From: Candidatus Bathyarchaeia archaeon
GTDB lineage: Archaea; Thermoproteota; Bathyarchaeia; Bathyarchaeales; Bathycorpusculaceae
Assembly: GCA_050015395.1 (NCBI GenBank)
Contig: JBEKBM010000003.1
Location: 1 to 64,000 of the forward strand
Direction: 5' to 3'
Length of the DNA stretch: 64,000 bases
Notes under the pieces: generated by a model
Told to the model about the DNA's origin: nothing
What the model saw: the letters and a program-made list of their open reading frames with translations, nothing else
Databases searched by the model: none
Program-made: the position numbers and the translations under genes
Shown: in pieces, positions 46,561-56,596 of the stretch
How positions within the stretch are numbered: the first letter of the stretch is position 1
Layout: each line of letters opens with the position of its first letter

Positions 46561-47586
46561 TTAGGATCTCGCTTTCCTCATAGTTCTCCGTTGACGGATC
46601 ATCTGCAGCTTGTCGACTTCTTCCTCTCTGAGGTTACGGCCTGTTAATTCGAGGTATGCCTCGTCTAAACTGGGCTTTGTCAGAGAGATTCTGGTGACGT
46701 GCAGTCCCTTGGATCGGATCAGGTCGGTTATCTGGGGAGATGCTTCTTCCCCGTCGTTCACCTTGATCCTGTAATTGCTGTCTTGCTTCTTGACTTCCTT
46801 GACGAGCTGGATCTTGGCTATGTCGGATGAGATGTCTGGCTCGTTTTCTTTTACGTCGACGACGATGACGTCTCCGCCTACGCTTTGTTTGAGTTCTTCG
46901 GGCGATCCGATCTTCACTATGTGGCCGTGATCTATTATGGCCACTCTTTCGCAAAGAGAATCAGCTTCTTCAAGGTAGTGGGTGGTGAGAAACAGTGTCA
47001 TGCGGTACTCTTCCTTCAGCGTCTTAATGTATTTCCAAACTGCAGTTCGCGTTTGAACGTCAAGACCGAGCGTGGGTTCGTCGAGGAAAAGCAGTTTCGG
47101 GTAGTTAATCAGGCCGCAAGCGAGCTCTAGGCGCCTTCGCATTCCTCCCGAGTAAGTGGAGACTTTCCTGTTCGCTGCGTCTTCAAGCTCAACAAGTTTT
47201 AGAAGTTCTTTTGCGTGAGCCTTCGAATCTTTTCTGGCCATTCCGTAAAGGTCTGCGCAGAGAATGATGTTGTTGATTCCTGTCATGTCCTCGTCCGCCG
47301 TGTATTCCTGCGGGACGACCCCGACGCTTCTTCGCACTTCGTTCGCGTCTTTGAATATGCTGAATCCGCAGACCACAGCTTTTCCCGACGTGGGCTTCAT
47401 GAGGGTCGTTAGCATGTTGATGGTGGTCGTTTTGCCGGCGCCATTTGGCCCGAGAAAACCGAAGATTTCTCCTTCTTTGATGTTGAAGCTCACGTTATCA
47501 ACTGCCTTGAGGCTTCCGAAGGTTTTTGAAAGGTTTTCCACTGTGATTATGTTAGAAGTTGGCGTTTCAATTTTGTTTGTCGACAT
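46561..47586 (-). CDS. ABC transporter ATPase (DrrA-like)
   Basis: GPNGAGKTT, YSGGMRRRL, LDEPT, TTHY. Confidence 0.93.
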   Translation of the reverse strand: MSTNKIETPTSNIITVENLSKTFGSLKAVDNVSFNIKEGEIFGFLGPNGAGKTTTINMLTTLMKPTSGKAVVCGFSIFKDANEVRRSVGVVPQEYTADEDMTGINNIILCADLYGMARKDSKAHAKELLKLVELEDAANRKVSTYSGGMRRRLELACGLINYPKLLFLDEPTLGLDVQTRTAVWKYIKTLKEEYRMTLFLTTHYLEEADSLCERVAIIDHGHIVKIGSPEELKQSVGGDVIVVDVKENEPDISSDIAKIQLVKEVKKQDSNYRIKVNDGEEASPQITDLIRSKGLHVTRISLTKPSLDEAYLELTGRNLREEEVDKLQMIRQRRTMRKARS

Positions 47587-47622
47587 TTTGTTTTCTCCTA
47601 ACTCTTTTTTTAAACGGGTTTG

Positions 47623-48045
47623 CTATGTGTTGGTTATTTTGGAGAGTCTTGACTGGATTTCCTTGATTTTTTCTATATGAGGAGAGAGTTTGGAAGGGTC
47701 GGATTTTGCGAGGTCTTCAAAGTATGAAACGAAGCTGTTCATTTCGTTTAGGACATCTTCTAGCGTGCGCGGGAGGTTTGACCTCATTCTGGAAGGCCAA
47801 GCCATTTCCTCTTTTCCCTGTTCGGTTAACTCGTACTTGCCGTCTTCTCTCTTTTTTATCGAACCCTCTTTGGTCATTGTGTCAAGCAGAGGATATACGG
47901 AGCCTGGCGACGGTCTCCACCAGCCTTGACTCATGTTTTCCATGGCGTCCATTATTTCGGCGCCGTTTTTCGGTGAAATTTCTAACGCATATAAAACCCA
48001 GCCGTGAAGGCCGCGGCGTTTGTGTTTCATCCAATCAAACCACAT
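47623..48045 (-). CDS. PadR family regulator
   Basis: WRPSPGSVYPLL, YELTEQG. Confidence 0.9.
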   Translation of the reverse strand: MWFDWMKHKRRGLHGWVLYALEISPKNGAEIMDAMENMSQGWWRPSPGSVYPLLDTMTKEGSIKKREDGKYELTEQGKEEMAWPSRMRSNLPRTLEDVLNEMNSFVSYFEDLAKSDPSKLSPHIEKIKEIQSRLSKITNT

Positions 48046-48086
48046 ATCGAATTACCGATATCGAAATATCGATATATGCTTATAAA
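48046..48086 (-). promoter_or_regulatory. PadR operon promoter with a palindromic operator
   Basis: CGATAT-cgaa-ATATCG (48056-48071) and repeated ATATCGA; TTTATAAG TATA box on the minus strand at about 48079-48086. Confidence 0.6.
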
Positions 48087-48164
48087 TTTGCCTCTTTCAA
48101 AATGTGCGCCGCGCGAAACACTCCATCGATTTTGCTAATGGGCGCACTCTGAATTCGTCTGATA

Positions 48165-48425
48165 TTACTTGTTTTCAACTTTCGAGGTCGAATTCCAAAT
48201 CAGCTCAAAATGATTTTGAATTATACCGACGAAATAGGCATTGTCTGACCACAAATACACGGCTCTTTGAAAATCGATGGTTGTTCCAAAGAATATTTCT
48301 TTCTTGTCAATTAGAACCACCGCGGCTGGAATGGGTGACGTAGTGTAACGTATCTCAAAACACGGGTTCACAAGAAGAGTCTGAGGGATCTCCAGCCGCA
48401 ACTCTTTGTCTTTAGGGTTTTCCAT
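48165..48425 (-). pseudogene. Fragment resembling a TrmB-family C-terminal domain
   Basis: EIRY..VVLIDKKEI..LWSDN..FELIWN pattern without an N-terminal HTH. Confidence 0.5.
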
Positions 48426-48513
48426 AAGGAGTCGGAACTTGACTTCGTGTACAAATAGTTAAATATGGCAAATTATACTTTTCCTTTGTTGTGTTTTTTG
48501 GACAGTTTTAGAT

Positions 48514-48903
48514 ATGACAAAACCTCTCGATCTAAACAAGTCGGTTATTACGAAATCGACCGCCGAAAAGATTTTGGCAACGGTGCCATATGGTAATGTC
48601 TTCCATTTTTTCGAATCAATAGGCCAATACACGGGGGGAAACCGCTGTTAGTTGGCAGCCTTCGCCAAAGAAGCTGAAATCATACCAATTGAGTCAATTG
48701 ATTTTCATTCCAAAAGAGCTGACTTTCAAAAGTGGATAGCAGACACTATTGGAGACACTGAATTAGCAACAGCAATCGGGCACATTGAGAAAGAGCTCAC
48801 TGGGGAGCCATTGAAAAGAAGAATTCTCAAGATTATAAATGCACGGGTAAGAGAACTTGAAAGTCAAATCCAGCATGCAAGCACTCTTGGCAGCAAGAAA
48901 TAA
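48514..48903 (+). pseudogene. DUF5752-like protein interrupted by an in-frame TAG
   Basis: AEKILATVPYGNVFHFFESIGQYTGENRC*LAAFAKE..ESIDFH..DFQKWI..IGDTELA; both parts are in the same frame. Confidence 0.65.
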
Positions 48904-49036
48904 TCAACAGGTTGCCGATTCATCTGACAATAGCCTTCGATTTTTTAGATTCGATAGGTGGATATCTCGATCAGAGCTAGCATACAGAATTGTTCGACCC
49001 GGAAAGTGAGTGAGAAGATTTGGGAGGTGAATTGGA

Positions 49037-49462
49037 ATGGTGAGAGTGAAACAAATTATGAAGGATGAAGGCGAATTCTTAGAAGCTGCTAAGGTCAGCG
49101 ATTTAGAAAAAGGCGTTATGAGAAGCGTGGAGCTGAAAGGGATTGATATCTTAATAGCTAATGTGGATGGACGATTCTACGCTTTAGACGACAGATGCGG
49201 ACACATGAACGCTCTGCTTTCTATGGGAACCCTGAACGGGAAAATCGTAACTTGCCCGTTTCATTATGCTCAGTTTGACGTTACTACAGGACAGAAAGTA
49301 AAAGATCCCATGTCAGAAAGCTTCAAAGACATGGATAAACTTCCTGAAGAAATGCAGAAATTCTTGATCTACGCAAAAAAACTTATGGATCCCGTAAAAA
49401 CCTTCGACATGCAAACGCATGAAGTTAAAGTGGAAGGAAACAAGATTCTAGTCAGAATATGA
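49037..49462 (+). CDS. Rieske [2Fe-2S] ferredoxin
   Basis: CGH...CPFH Rieske motifs. Confidence 0.9.
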   Translation: MVRVKQIMKDEGEFLEAAKVSDLEKGVMRSVELKGIDILIANVDGRFYALDDRCGHMNALLSMGTLNGKIVTCPFHYAQFDVTTGQKVKDPMSESFKDMDKLPEEMQKFLIYAKKLMDPVKTFDMQTHEVKVEGNKILVRI

Positions 49463-49662
49463 AAGCATTTTTGAAGACTTAGACAGAAACCTTCTTTTTC
49501 TAATTTTTGAACTTTAGCAGTAGGAGAGTTGACCCATTAACGGTATACTCGTGGAAATACTGTTGCTCTTCTTAGGTTCTGTCATGTCATTTCTCTTGTT
49601 TAACCCGAAAGGTAAAGAAAAATTCTGGGAGGTCGTTAGATATTGAGCTTCAGCGTTATCCT

Positions 49663-50670
49663 TCATAACCAGCCTCTTCTTCTAAAAATTACTATGAGGG
49701 TCACCGCTACGCCAATCATTATCGCGTCCATGATATAGAAGCCTAAAGAGCTACTGCTGCCAGGTATAAAGAACCCTTTTCCGAAGTTGGTTCCGTATAT
49801 TTCAGCAATCAAGGCCAAGGGAAGAAAAATTGCGGAGATAATGGTGAGGATTCTGATGATGTTGTTTGTGGTTAACGTTTGAACATTGATCAAGATGTCG
49901 GTTATATCGCTGATTTCTTCCCGATGGTTATCCACCACTTCAATCAGCGAGATTGTCCTATCATAGAGATCCTCAAAGCGGGACATTGTAGCGCTGGAAA
50001 CTAGAGCAAACTCGCCTCGCGCTATTTTTCCTACTATTTCACGCATGGGACCTATGGACTGTCTCATGACCAACACTTGGTCCCTTGACTTAGAAATTTC
50101 TAATCCAAAGCTTGTTTCCGATCGTCTTGGCCTTTCCCTAAAGAGGGCTCCTGCTTTTTTGGTCAAATTCTGTAATCTTTCATGCACTAAATCAGAAATC
50201 AAAAAGAACTCATTCGTGATTAAATCCAAGAATATATACAAAAGAATATCTGTGGAAGGCGAAAGTGAAAGCGCGAAATAACCATGTGTGCTGATTTTTT
50301 TGTAAACGGCACATGTAATATCCGAATAACCCCTGTGAACTGTGATAATCCACCTTTTCCCCACCAGCAACGAGAGCCTTTCCATTTTTACGTCGGAAAC
50401 AAAGCCCTCCCTTTTAGGAAAATTAAGAACACAGGATATGCGGTCCTCTTGCTCCTCAATTTTTGACCGTTGTCCTTCTTCAATCAGTTCCTTCAGCCTT
50501 AGTTCATCTAACTCAAAATGCTGCACTATCGCTTTGATTTCGGCATCCGAGGGATCCTCAACATCGATCCACAACACGGAATCTTCGCTGATCTTCTCAG
50601 GGAGAGACTCCAACGTATCAGACTGCCATCTTCCTTCTTCATGCTTCCGAAGCTGAGTTATGGTTAACAG
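49663..50670 (-). CDS. corA: CorA-family divalent cation transporter
   Basis: WIDVEDP; two C-terminal TMs; YGTNF (variant of GMN); frame is open to CTG 50670, which follows GGTGA. Confidence 0.85.
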   Translation of the reverse strand: MLTITQLRKHEEGRWQSDTLESLPEKISEDSVLWIDVEDPSDAEIKAIVQHFELDELRLKELIEEGQRSKIEEQEDRISCVLNFPKREGFVSDVKMERLSLLVGKRWIITVHRGYSDITCAVYKKISTHGYFALSLSPSTDILLYIFLDLITNEFFLISDLVHERLQNLTKKAGALFRERPRRSETSFGLEISKSRDQVLVMRQSIGPMREIVGKIARGEFALVSSATMSRFEDLYDRTISLIEVVDNHREEISDITDILINVQTLTTNNIIRILTIISAIFLPLALIAEIYGTNFGKGFFIPGSSSSLGFYIMDAIMIGVAVTLIVIFRRRGWL

Positions 50671-50917
50671 TTATGGTTCACCAGTTACTGTTAATGAAAA
50701 CTCTTGTCTAAACTTATATTTAGCCATACAAAAAAGCTGCATATTAAGCATGCGTTAGGCTTGAGTTCTCGGTCGGCTCTCCTCCAAAAGGGTAATGAGG
50801 ATGTATAGCGGAAAGTCTTTGACTTATGTAAATTCAAGCAAAGTGGACATGAATATCCTTTGTAAAAACCAAAAAATCTAGGAGCTGCTTCTTTTTAGGT
50901 AGTTCTTCAAGGAAGAG

Positions 50918-51253
50918 CTAAGTTGGCTGCTCCGAAACGTCCTTTTTGTCGCCGGATCCCTTCTCATTTAGGCGAATTATGAGTTGGTGGTTTTTCTTGA
51001 CAAGAGCTACATCTTCTTTTTCTATATTGTCTGCAATTACTTCTCCGTTGTATTTCATACGACTGGTATAGCCTAGTTCTTTTAGTTCGTTCATGAGGAG
51101 TTCGCGTAGTTTTCTTAGTTGCTCACCTGATGTTTGCGGGTCTCTGGTGAAGCAGAAAGTAATGGTTTTTTTGTCAGGGTCATAGTTTGCTCGGGTGCCT
51201 CTGCCAAGTTTTTCTACGTGACCCCATATTGTTTTGTCGCTTTCATCTCTCAT
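50918..51253 (-). CDS. Hypothetical protein
   Basis: 111-aa ORF with AGGTGG ribosome-binding site, directly downstream of aIF2-alpha. Confidence 0.6.
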   Translation of the reverse strand: MRDESDKTIWGHVEKLGRGTRANYDPDKKTITFCFTRDPQTSGEQLRKLRELLMNELKELGYTSRMKYNGEVIADNIEKEDVALVKKNHQLIIRLNEKGSGDKKDVSEQPT

Positions 51254-51265
51254 GTTTCCACCTTG

Positions 51266-52054
51266 CTATTTCTCTCTTTTAAAGGAGCCGTGTCCGCCTG
51301 CCTTAGTAATGTTTGTGACTACACTTTGGCTTACTTCGTCGAGAAGCTCTTCGGCACGTTTCCAGTTATCAGCGGAGACTTCTACGCTGTATCTGGGAGC
51401 GGCGATAACGCAAAATTCGATTTTAGCGTCTTTAGCTTTTTGTGCTTTCTCGGCGTCAATGAATGCGTCTTGGATGCATTTAACGCCGTTGGGTTTCATG
51501 CAGCGAATTTCAAGCGTACCTTTGACTTTCACCATTTTGATACGGATGCGTTCTTCTGCAACTTGGACGAAGGCTTTGGCGATGTCTTCAGGTATGTCAA
51601 GTTTAGTTAGGGCTTCTGTGCCTTCTTTGAGAGCTTTTTCGAAGCCTTCATATAAACCGACGCTTTCTTCCAGGATAACGCCTGCTTTCTGGTAGACTTC
51701 ATGTACGGGCAAGCCTACTTTTTCTGCGACCGCACGCAGAAGTACTTCGCCTTTGCGGTCTCTTTTCCAAGCTTTGATTTTTTCAATTCTTTCGCGTTTT
51801 GTAACGCGTCTGAGGGATAAGTCAATGTGGCCTTTTTCAAGGTTTACATGGAGAACTTTTAGAACCATTTTTTGTTTTTCACGAACGTAGTCGTGGACGT
51901 TTCTTATTCTGGCGCTGGAGATTTCGGAGATATGAAGAAACCCGCGTTTATTGTATTCATCTAGGTTAGCGTAAGCTCCATAATCCATCACGCTCTCTAT
52001 GGTGGCGATTACGAGATCTCCAGATTCAGGCCATTCAGATTTATGTTCAGACAT
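51266..52054 (-). CDS. eif2a: Translation initiation factor 2 alpha subunit
   Basis: WPESGDLV, YGAYANLDEY, LHISEIS, KGHIDLSLRRV, AAPRY. Confidence 0.95.
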   Translation of the reverse strand: MSEHKSEWPESGDLVIATIESVMDYGAYANLDEYNKRGFLHISEISSARIRNVHDYVREKQKMVLKVLHVNLEKGHIDLSLRRVTKRERIEKIKAWKRDRKGEVLLRAVAEKVGLPVHEVYQKAGVILEESVGLYEGFEKALKEGTEALTKLDIPEDIAKAFVQVAEERIRIKMVKVKGTLEIRCMKPNGVKCIQDAFIDAEKAQKAKDAKIEFCVIAAPRYSVEVSADNWKRAEELLDEVSQSVVTNITKAGGHGSFKREK

Positions 52055-52101
52055 AGTTTACATCTGCTCTAACTTGCGAGAAAGAATGTGGGTTGAGTGT
52101 T

Positions 52102-52404
52102 TTATTCTTTTTTGTCCAACTTGACAATATAAATTTCTTTGTTGCGGACTCTGAGTGCTGCATTGAATTTTCTGTCTGGTTTCTTGTTGTATGACTTAAC
52201 TCTAAATGAGAATGGCGCGTACATTGATCTTACTGTTTTACCCTCAACTTCAACCTTAAACATCTTCTCAGGGCTCTCAATGATCTGCTTGAAAACTGCA
52301 TCATACTCGGGAATCTTGGCGATTTTTCTTCCTTCAGGTATTTCCTTGACTGGAGTTGCTTTTGCTACTATTTGCTTGTTCTTACTTTTTTCTAGTTTAG
52401 ACAC
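52102..52404 (-). CDS. Small basic hypothetical protein
   Basis: 100-aa Lys-rich ORF with an upstream TTTAATA box. Confidence 0.55.
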   Translation of the reverse strand: MSKLEKSKNKQIVAKATPVKEIPEGRKIAKIPEYDAVFKQIIESPEKMFKVEVEGKTVRSMYAPFSFRVKSYNKKPDRKFNAALRVRNKEIYIVKLDKKE

Positions 52405-53183
52405 ATGTATTCACACTATATACATGTCAGTTATACTATTAAAGACTAGCAGTAACATCGGCAGAAATAATTACGGTTAAGTCAACGTAATAGTGAACTA
52501 ATGGTAATCCAAGTAAGCATTGATTTTTTTTGAATATTTCTCGCACCAATATCTGGATTGAGATGACATATTTTCGGTCGATTAACATCTAACTAACTTT
52601 TGTTCGGTGAACACGCCGAGTGCAACGCTGAATGTTTTACTCGCCTTTTATGTCATTTCTGTTACATTCCGCTTTTGGTCTATATTCTCTTTTTCTGGTT
52701 CATTGCTTATGATGCTTTTCGCATTCTTTTATTCTTACAAGCATCCAATCTTTTTCTTCATAAACGCATCCGCAAACCAAAGTTTTAATCGTCAAGATTG
52801 CCGCCCTTCAAGCAAACTTACCAGATACACCAATGTATTAGTCACCAATATTCATAATGATTTCTCTCGGAGTTAAAAGCAAGCGAAGCGTGGACTCTGC
52901 ACGTAAGATAATTTCATAGGAAAAAGAGTCTTCTATTTTATTCTCGATCTTGTGCTTCAGTTCTCAAGCGCTGATCCGAGACAAAAAAGAAAGCTTAAAA
53001 TGGAAAGGTAAGCAACTGATTTTTGACTGTTTAGATTCAGAAAAAAACCCTTTTAAGCTCGAAAAAAATCGGACGGTTTTTGTGTTATTCAATAAAGATC
53101 ACGCGCAGTTCTCTAATTTTCTTCCAGAAAGGGTAAAGTTTTAGAATGCGGGATGCGTTTGTTTGCTTGGTTAAGGTGAATAT

Positions 53184-53306
53184 ATGAGCGTGATGAAAAG
53201 AAAAAAGAAGAATACACAGCTCGAGCAGCAAAAGAAAATGCAGCGAGAAAAAGATCTAAAAAAGAAACAGATGCGACAACAACTTCCAGCTAAAGGAAAG
53301 AAATAA
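53184..53306 (+). CDS. 40-aa highly basic small protein
   Basis: AGGTGA ribosome-binding site; MSVMKRKKKNTQLEQQKKMQREKDLKKKQMRQQLPAKGKK*. Confidence 0.5.
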   Translation: MSVMKRKKKNTQLEQQKKMQREKDLKKKQMRQQLPAKGKK

Positions 53307-53550
53307 CGTTCCTAAGCACGAAAGGCAAGAAAACTTCCTTTTACTTTAAGGGTAACTTGGAGAATGGTAGATGTCGCCTTTTGTGAACTTTTGTGCCGTC
53401 TGCGAGAAGAACTATCAATCGTCCCATTTGCTTATGTGCTCTCTCTTGTTTGCTTTTTCAATTCCGCGATAAATGTCCCAAGCCTTGTTTAAATTGCCGA
53501 ATTCCCCAAAAGTCAAAAAACAAAAATGATAAAAAAGGATTAAGGCTATT

Positions 53551-53967
53551 TTAAGCAATACGAATATGATAAAGATAGAATGTTATGCGTCCAGTTGAGC
53601 ATTCTGGAATTGCATCCTCATCTTTTAATGTTTTCAACCAATCATTAACCGTTGAGAAACCAGATTTCGCAACATAAAATCCTAAGTCATTATGCTTTAA
53701 ATTTATTGGAGACGTTACGTTAAATGTTGCAGTAGTAAATTCTGTTCGTGAGTTGTCGAGGCATGTTTTGCAGACATCAACAAACTCTTCGAATTCAATT
53801 ATAAGATTAGCATCATAACCCTTAATCTTGTAGTATGAGTACTGTGGATTTTCAACGTCTGTAAGTATGAAAACATTGCCATTTTTCTTAAGATAATTGA
53901 GGGCATTAGGGTCAATCTCGATTTCTAAAATGTTTGCGTCACTATTTCCGCTCATACTGCTTTTCAC
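53551..53967 (-). CDS. Hypothetical protein
   Basis: 138-aa ORF, AT-rich, no recognisable motif. Confidence 0.6.
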   Translation of the reverse strand: MKSSMSGNSDANILEIEIDPNALNYLKKNGNVFILTDVENPQYSYYKIKGYDANLIIEFEEFVDVCKTCLDNSRTEFTTATFNVTSPINLKHNDLGFYVAKSGFSTVNDWLKTLKDEDAIPECSTGRITFYLYHIRIA

Positions 53968-54149
53968 CTACTTATCATTTAATTAATTATTTAACTTCCT
54001 ATTATTATAAAACACTATAGATAAACCCTATGTTGTTACTGTGTAAATGCGGCTTTTACGGTGTTATTGTTTGCGGTTAACTGTTTATGTGCCTATGTGT
54101 GTGCTTGATAATGACTGACTGGAAAGCGTAGCTGGAGACATTTGACTCT

Positions 54150-54875
54150 TTGCTCAGGGAGCTAAGCCAAAACCAGCGAGAGCAAAATGGACGGTTGCGT
54201 TTCGACCGACTTTTCGCTATTGCCAGCGACGTTGCCAGCCAATTTTACTGCCTGAAAAAAGTAGAAATGCAGTATATCCACGGTAAGGTAGAAACTGAAG
54301 CGAAGAACATTAGCACGGAAGCTCATGAGAAATTGACTGAGGACTCTGTGAAAGTCAAACGGGCTGAACTGTGGCTGAAAATAAATGGGGACAAACCTGT
54401 TTTCGCTTTGGAAATGTTTCTTCTCGCCAAATACGGCGACGTGCTTTTGGCTGGTAAGCCTGAATCGGCACTTTTTGCGCGTGGCTATCCGCTTACAGTC
54501 TTTGAGTACAAGTTTAGCCGAAGCAGCGTAGTCTATCCGTCTTATCATGTGCAAGTACAAACCTGCGGTATCCAGCTTGAAAACATGGGTTTCGACACGA
54601 GCAGGCTGTTCTATGCGATTGTAGTTGCTGACCCAAAGACGAAGGGAAGCAGAGAACTAAGACAAAACGTGGTGCACACCTTAATCAGGAACGGCCCAAA
54701 GGAAGCCGTGCATTCCATTAATGACGCCAAGATTTACTATAACAAATTCAACCGCGAAATCGCAGAGAAGGATTTGACGTGGGCTACAGAGTTCTGGAAC
54801 AAATATAGAGAAGCCCAACCGACAAACAACCAGAACAAATGCTCAAGATGTGAGTACCAGACAAAGTGTGAATAA
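54150..54875 (+). CDS. Stand-alone Cas4-like PD-(D/E)xK nuclease with Fe-S cysteines
   Basis: ASDVASQFYC, GKPES, FEYKFS, HVQVQT, KCSRCEYQTKC. Confidence 0.75.
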   Translation: MLRELSQNQREQNGRLRFDRLFAIASDVASQFYCLKKVEMQYIHGKVETEAKNISTEAHEKLTEDSVKVKRAELWLKINGDKPVFALEMFLLAKYGDVLLAGKPESALFARGYPLTVFEYKFSRSSVVYPSYHVQVQTCGIQLENMGFDTSRLFYAIVVADPKTKGSRELRQNVVHTLIRNGPKEAVHSINDAKIYYNKFNREIAEKDLTWATEFWNKYREAQPTNNQNKCSRCEYQTKCE

Positions 54876-55030
54876 CTCGTTTTGCTGTCCTTCGTTAATT
54901 TTTGCTCTTAAACAAAACTTAACTTTTTTAGTGTCTTTTGATTCTTACTCCAGAATACACAATGTTTACAAAGACGAGTGGAACCAACATTTGGCAGCCG
55001 CATCTAATTTACTATTAGCGTGTATGAAAG

Positions 55031-55891
55031 ATGTTTCCCACCAACGTCCTGCCCAAGAAACTCTATCTCATAGGTGTAGTAGTTATCTTCCTCTCTGTCT
55101 ACTCACAATACTTCATACGTTACGGGTCAATAACCGGGTACCTAGTCGTCTACGGAATACCCGTTCTCGTTGTCAGCCTCCTTTTTGGCAGGCAGCTGTT
55201 CCACCGAGCGGGCAAAAACAACAAGGACGCCGCTAAATTCGGCTTAGGGCTATTCGGCGTCTTAATCGTGATCAGCCTTTTACTCTCCATCATAGCTTTA
55301 GCTATAATAACGCATTTCGACCCGCACGCCGCAAACCTGCTAAACAAGCCAAATCCCGTGCTCAACGTGCCGTCCAACGTTGCGTGGCTGATGATTCCCG
55401 TCTCCATACTTGTGGTAGGTCCGGCTGAAGAGTACCTGTTCCGCGGCTTCATCTACGGCGGGCTCCTCAGCATCTCCAAGGGAAGATACTGGATTCTATT
55501 GGCGGCTGTTTCAAGTGTGATGTTTGCTTCCGTCCACGCCTACTACGCCCTCACATACGGCATCGCCAGCGTCCTGCCGTTTATAGACTTAATAACTTTC
55601 GGTTTAGCCATGTCCATTGCGTACTACTGGTCAGGAGGAAACATACTGGTACTTGCGCTCATTCATGGCGTGTACGACGCCACAGACTTTCTAGGTGTAG
55701 CCACCACAAGCCAAATTGGCCAAGCTGCACAGCTCGTGATGATATTTGTCGGCATAGGGTTTGCAGCAGTTTACCTTCCCAAAAAATCGCCATGCGCCAA
55801 ACGCCTAACCCCTCAGTTTCCCCTGAAACCACGCCTGAAACGCAGCCGCCACCTGCCCCTCCACAAATGTAGCTGTACGTTTAGGACTTAG
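55031..55891 (+). CDS. CPBP/CAAX-like intramembrane metalloprotease
   Basis: AEEYLFRG, FASVH, HGVYD. Confidence 0.88.
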   Translation: MFPTNVLPKKLYLIGVVVIFLSVYSQYFIRYGSITGYLVVYGIPVLVVSLLFGRQLFHRAGKNNKDAAKFGLGLFGVLIVISLLLSIIALAIITHFDPHAANLLNKPNPVLNVPSNVAWLMIPVSILVVGPAEEYLFRGFIYGGLLSISKGRYWILLAAVSSVMFASVHAYYALTYGIASVLPFIDLITFGLAMSIAYYWSGGNILVLALIHGVYDATDFLGVATTSQIGQAAQLVMIFVGIGFAAVYLPKKSPCAKRLTPQFPLKPRLKRSRHLPLHKCSCTFRT

Positions 55892-56029
55892 AACCAGGAG
55901 AGGGTTCCGTTTTTTCTTGAGGTGCGCTATCCAACCAACCTGAGATATTTTGTATGCCTTTGTTTTCCATGCAAGTTAATGCAGTTAAATTCAGAACGCA
56001 GATTTTTGTACTTTGATCTGTCGGCATCT

Positions 56030-56458
56030 TTATGGAAAAGTGGCAGGGTAGCGGCCCATGGCTTCCAGTATTTCTTCGGAGGCCGTCTTTTTTCCAAGAT
56101 TTCGCACAAAATCGGCAGCGACGACTATCCCAACTAATCTGTTCTGCTTCAATACTGGAAGTCTTCTGATTTTATTGCTTGACATTAGCCTAGCTGCCTC
56201 CTTAAGCGAAGCATCAGGATCAACTGTAATAAGAGACTTAGACATAATCTCCGAGACCTTGGTATCCAGCGGTAATTTTTTCGCCACGACCCTTCTAACA
56301 AAATCTCTTTCAGTAACTATTCCAATGGGCACTTCCTCATCCATGATAACCAAGCAACCCACTCGGTTCGAACTCATGAGCTCCGCTGCTTCAAAAACGC
56401 TATTATTAACACCGATTGAAATGACATTCTTCGTCATGATATCTTTGACTGCCGGCAT
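56030..56458 (-). CDS. CBS domain pair protein
   Basis: VKDIMT, GIVTERD, VSEIMS, IRRLPV. Confidence 0.92.
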   Translation of the reverse strand: MPAVKDIMTKNVISIGVNNSVFEAAELMSSNRVGCLVIMDEEVPIGIVTERDFVRRVVAKKLPLDTKVSEIMSKSLITVDPDASLKEAARLMSSNKIRRLPVLKQNRLVGIVVAADFVRNLGKKTASEEILEAMGRYPATFP

Positions 56459-56596
56459 AATCTCTCTTAAGAAAAACGCCTAAATAAGATTTTCGAGGTC
56501 AAATGTTATAACTTCAGTTAAACGCATGAACAAGCAATCCACTACTCTTTTATTTGCACGTGGGCCTCTTGAAAAAATGTTGAGGGTGCAAGACTT

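Noticed and set aside
52600-53144. Short ORFs at 52600-52876 and 52950-53144
   Set aside because: No ribosome-binding site or motifs; low-complexity AT-rich sequence, so probably spurious.
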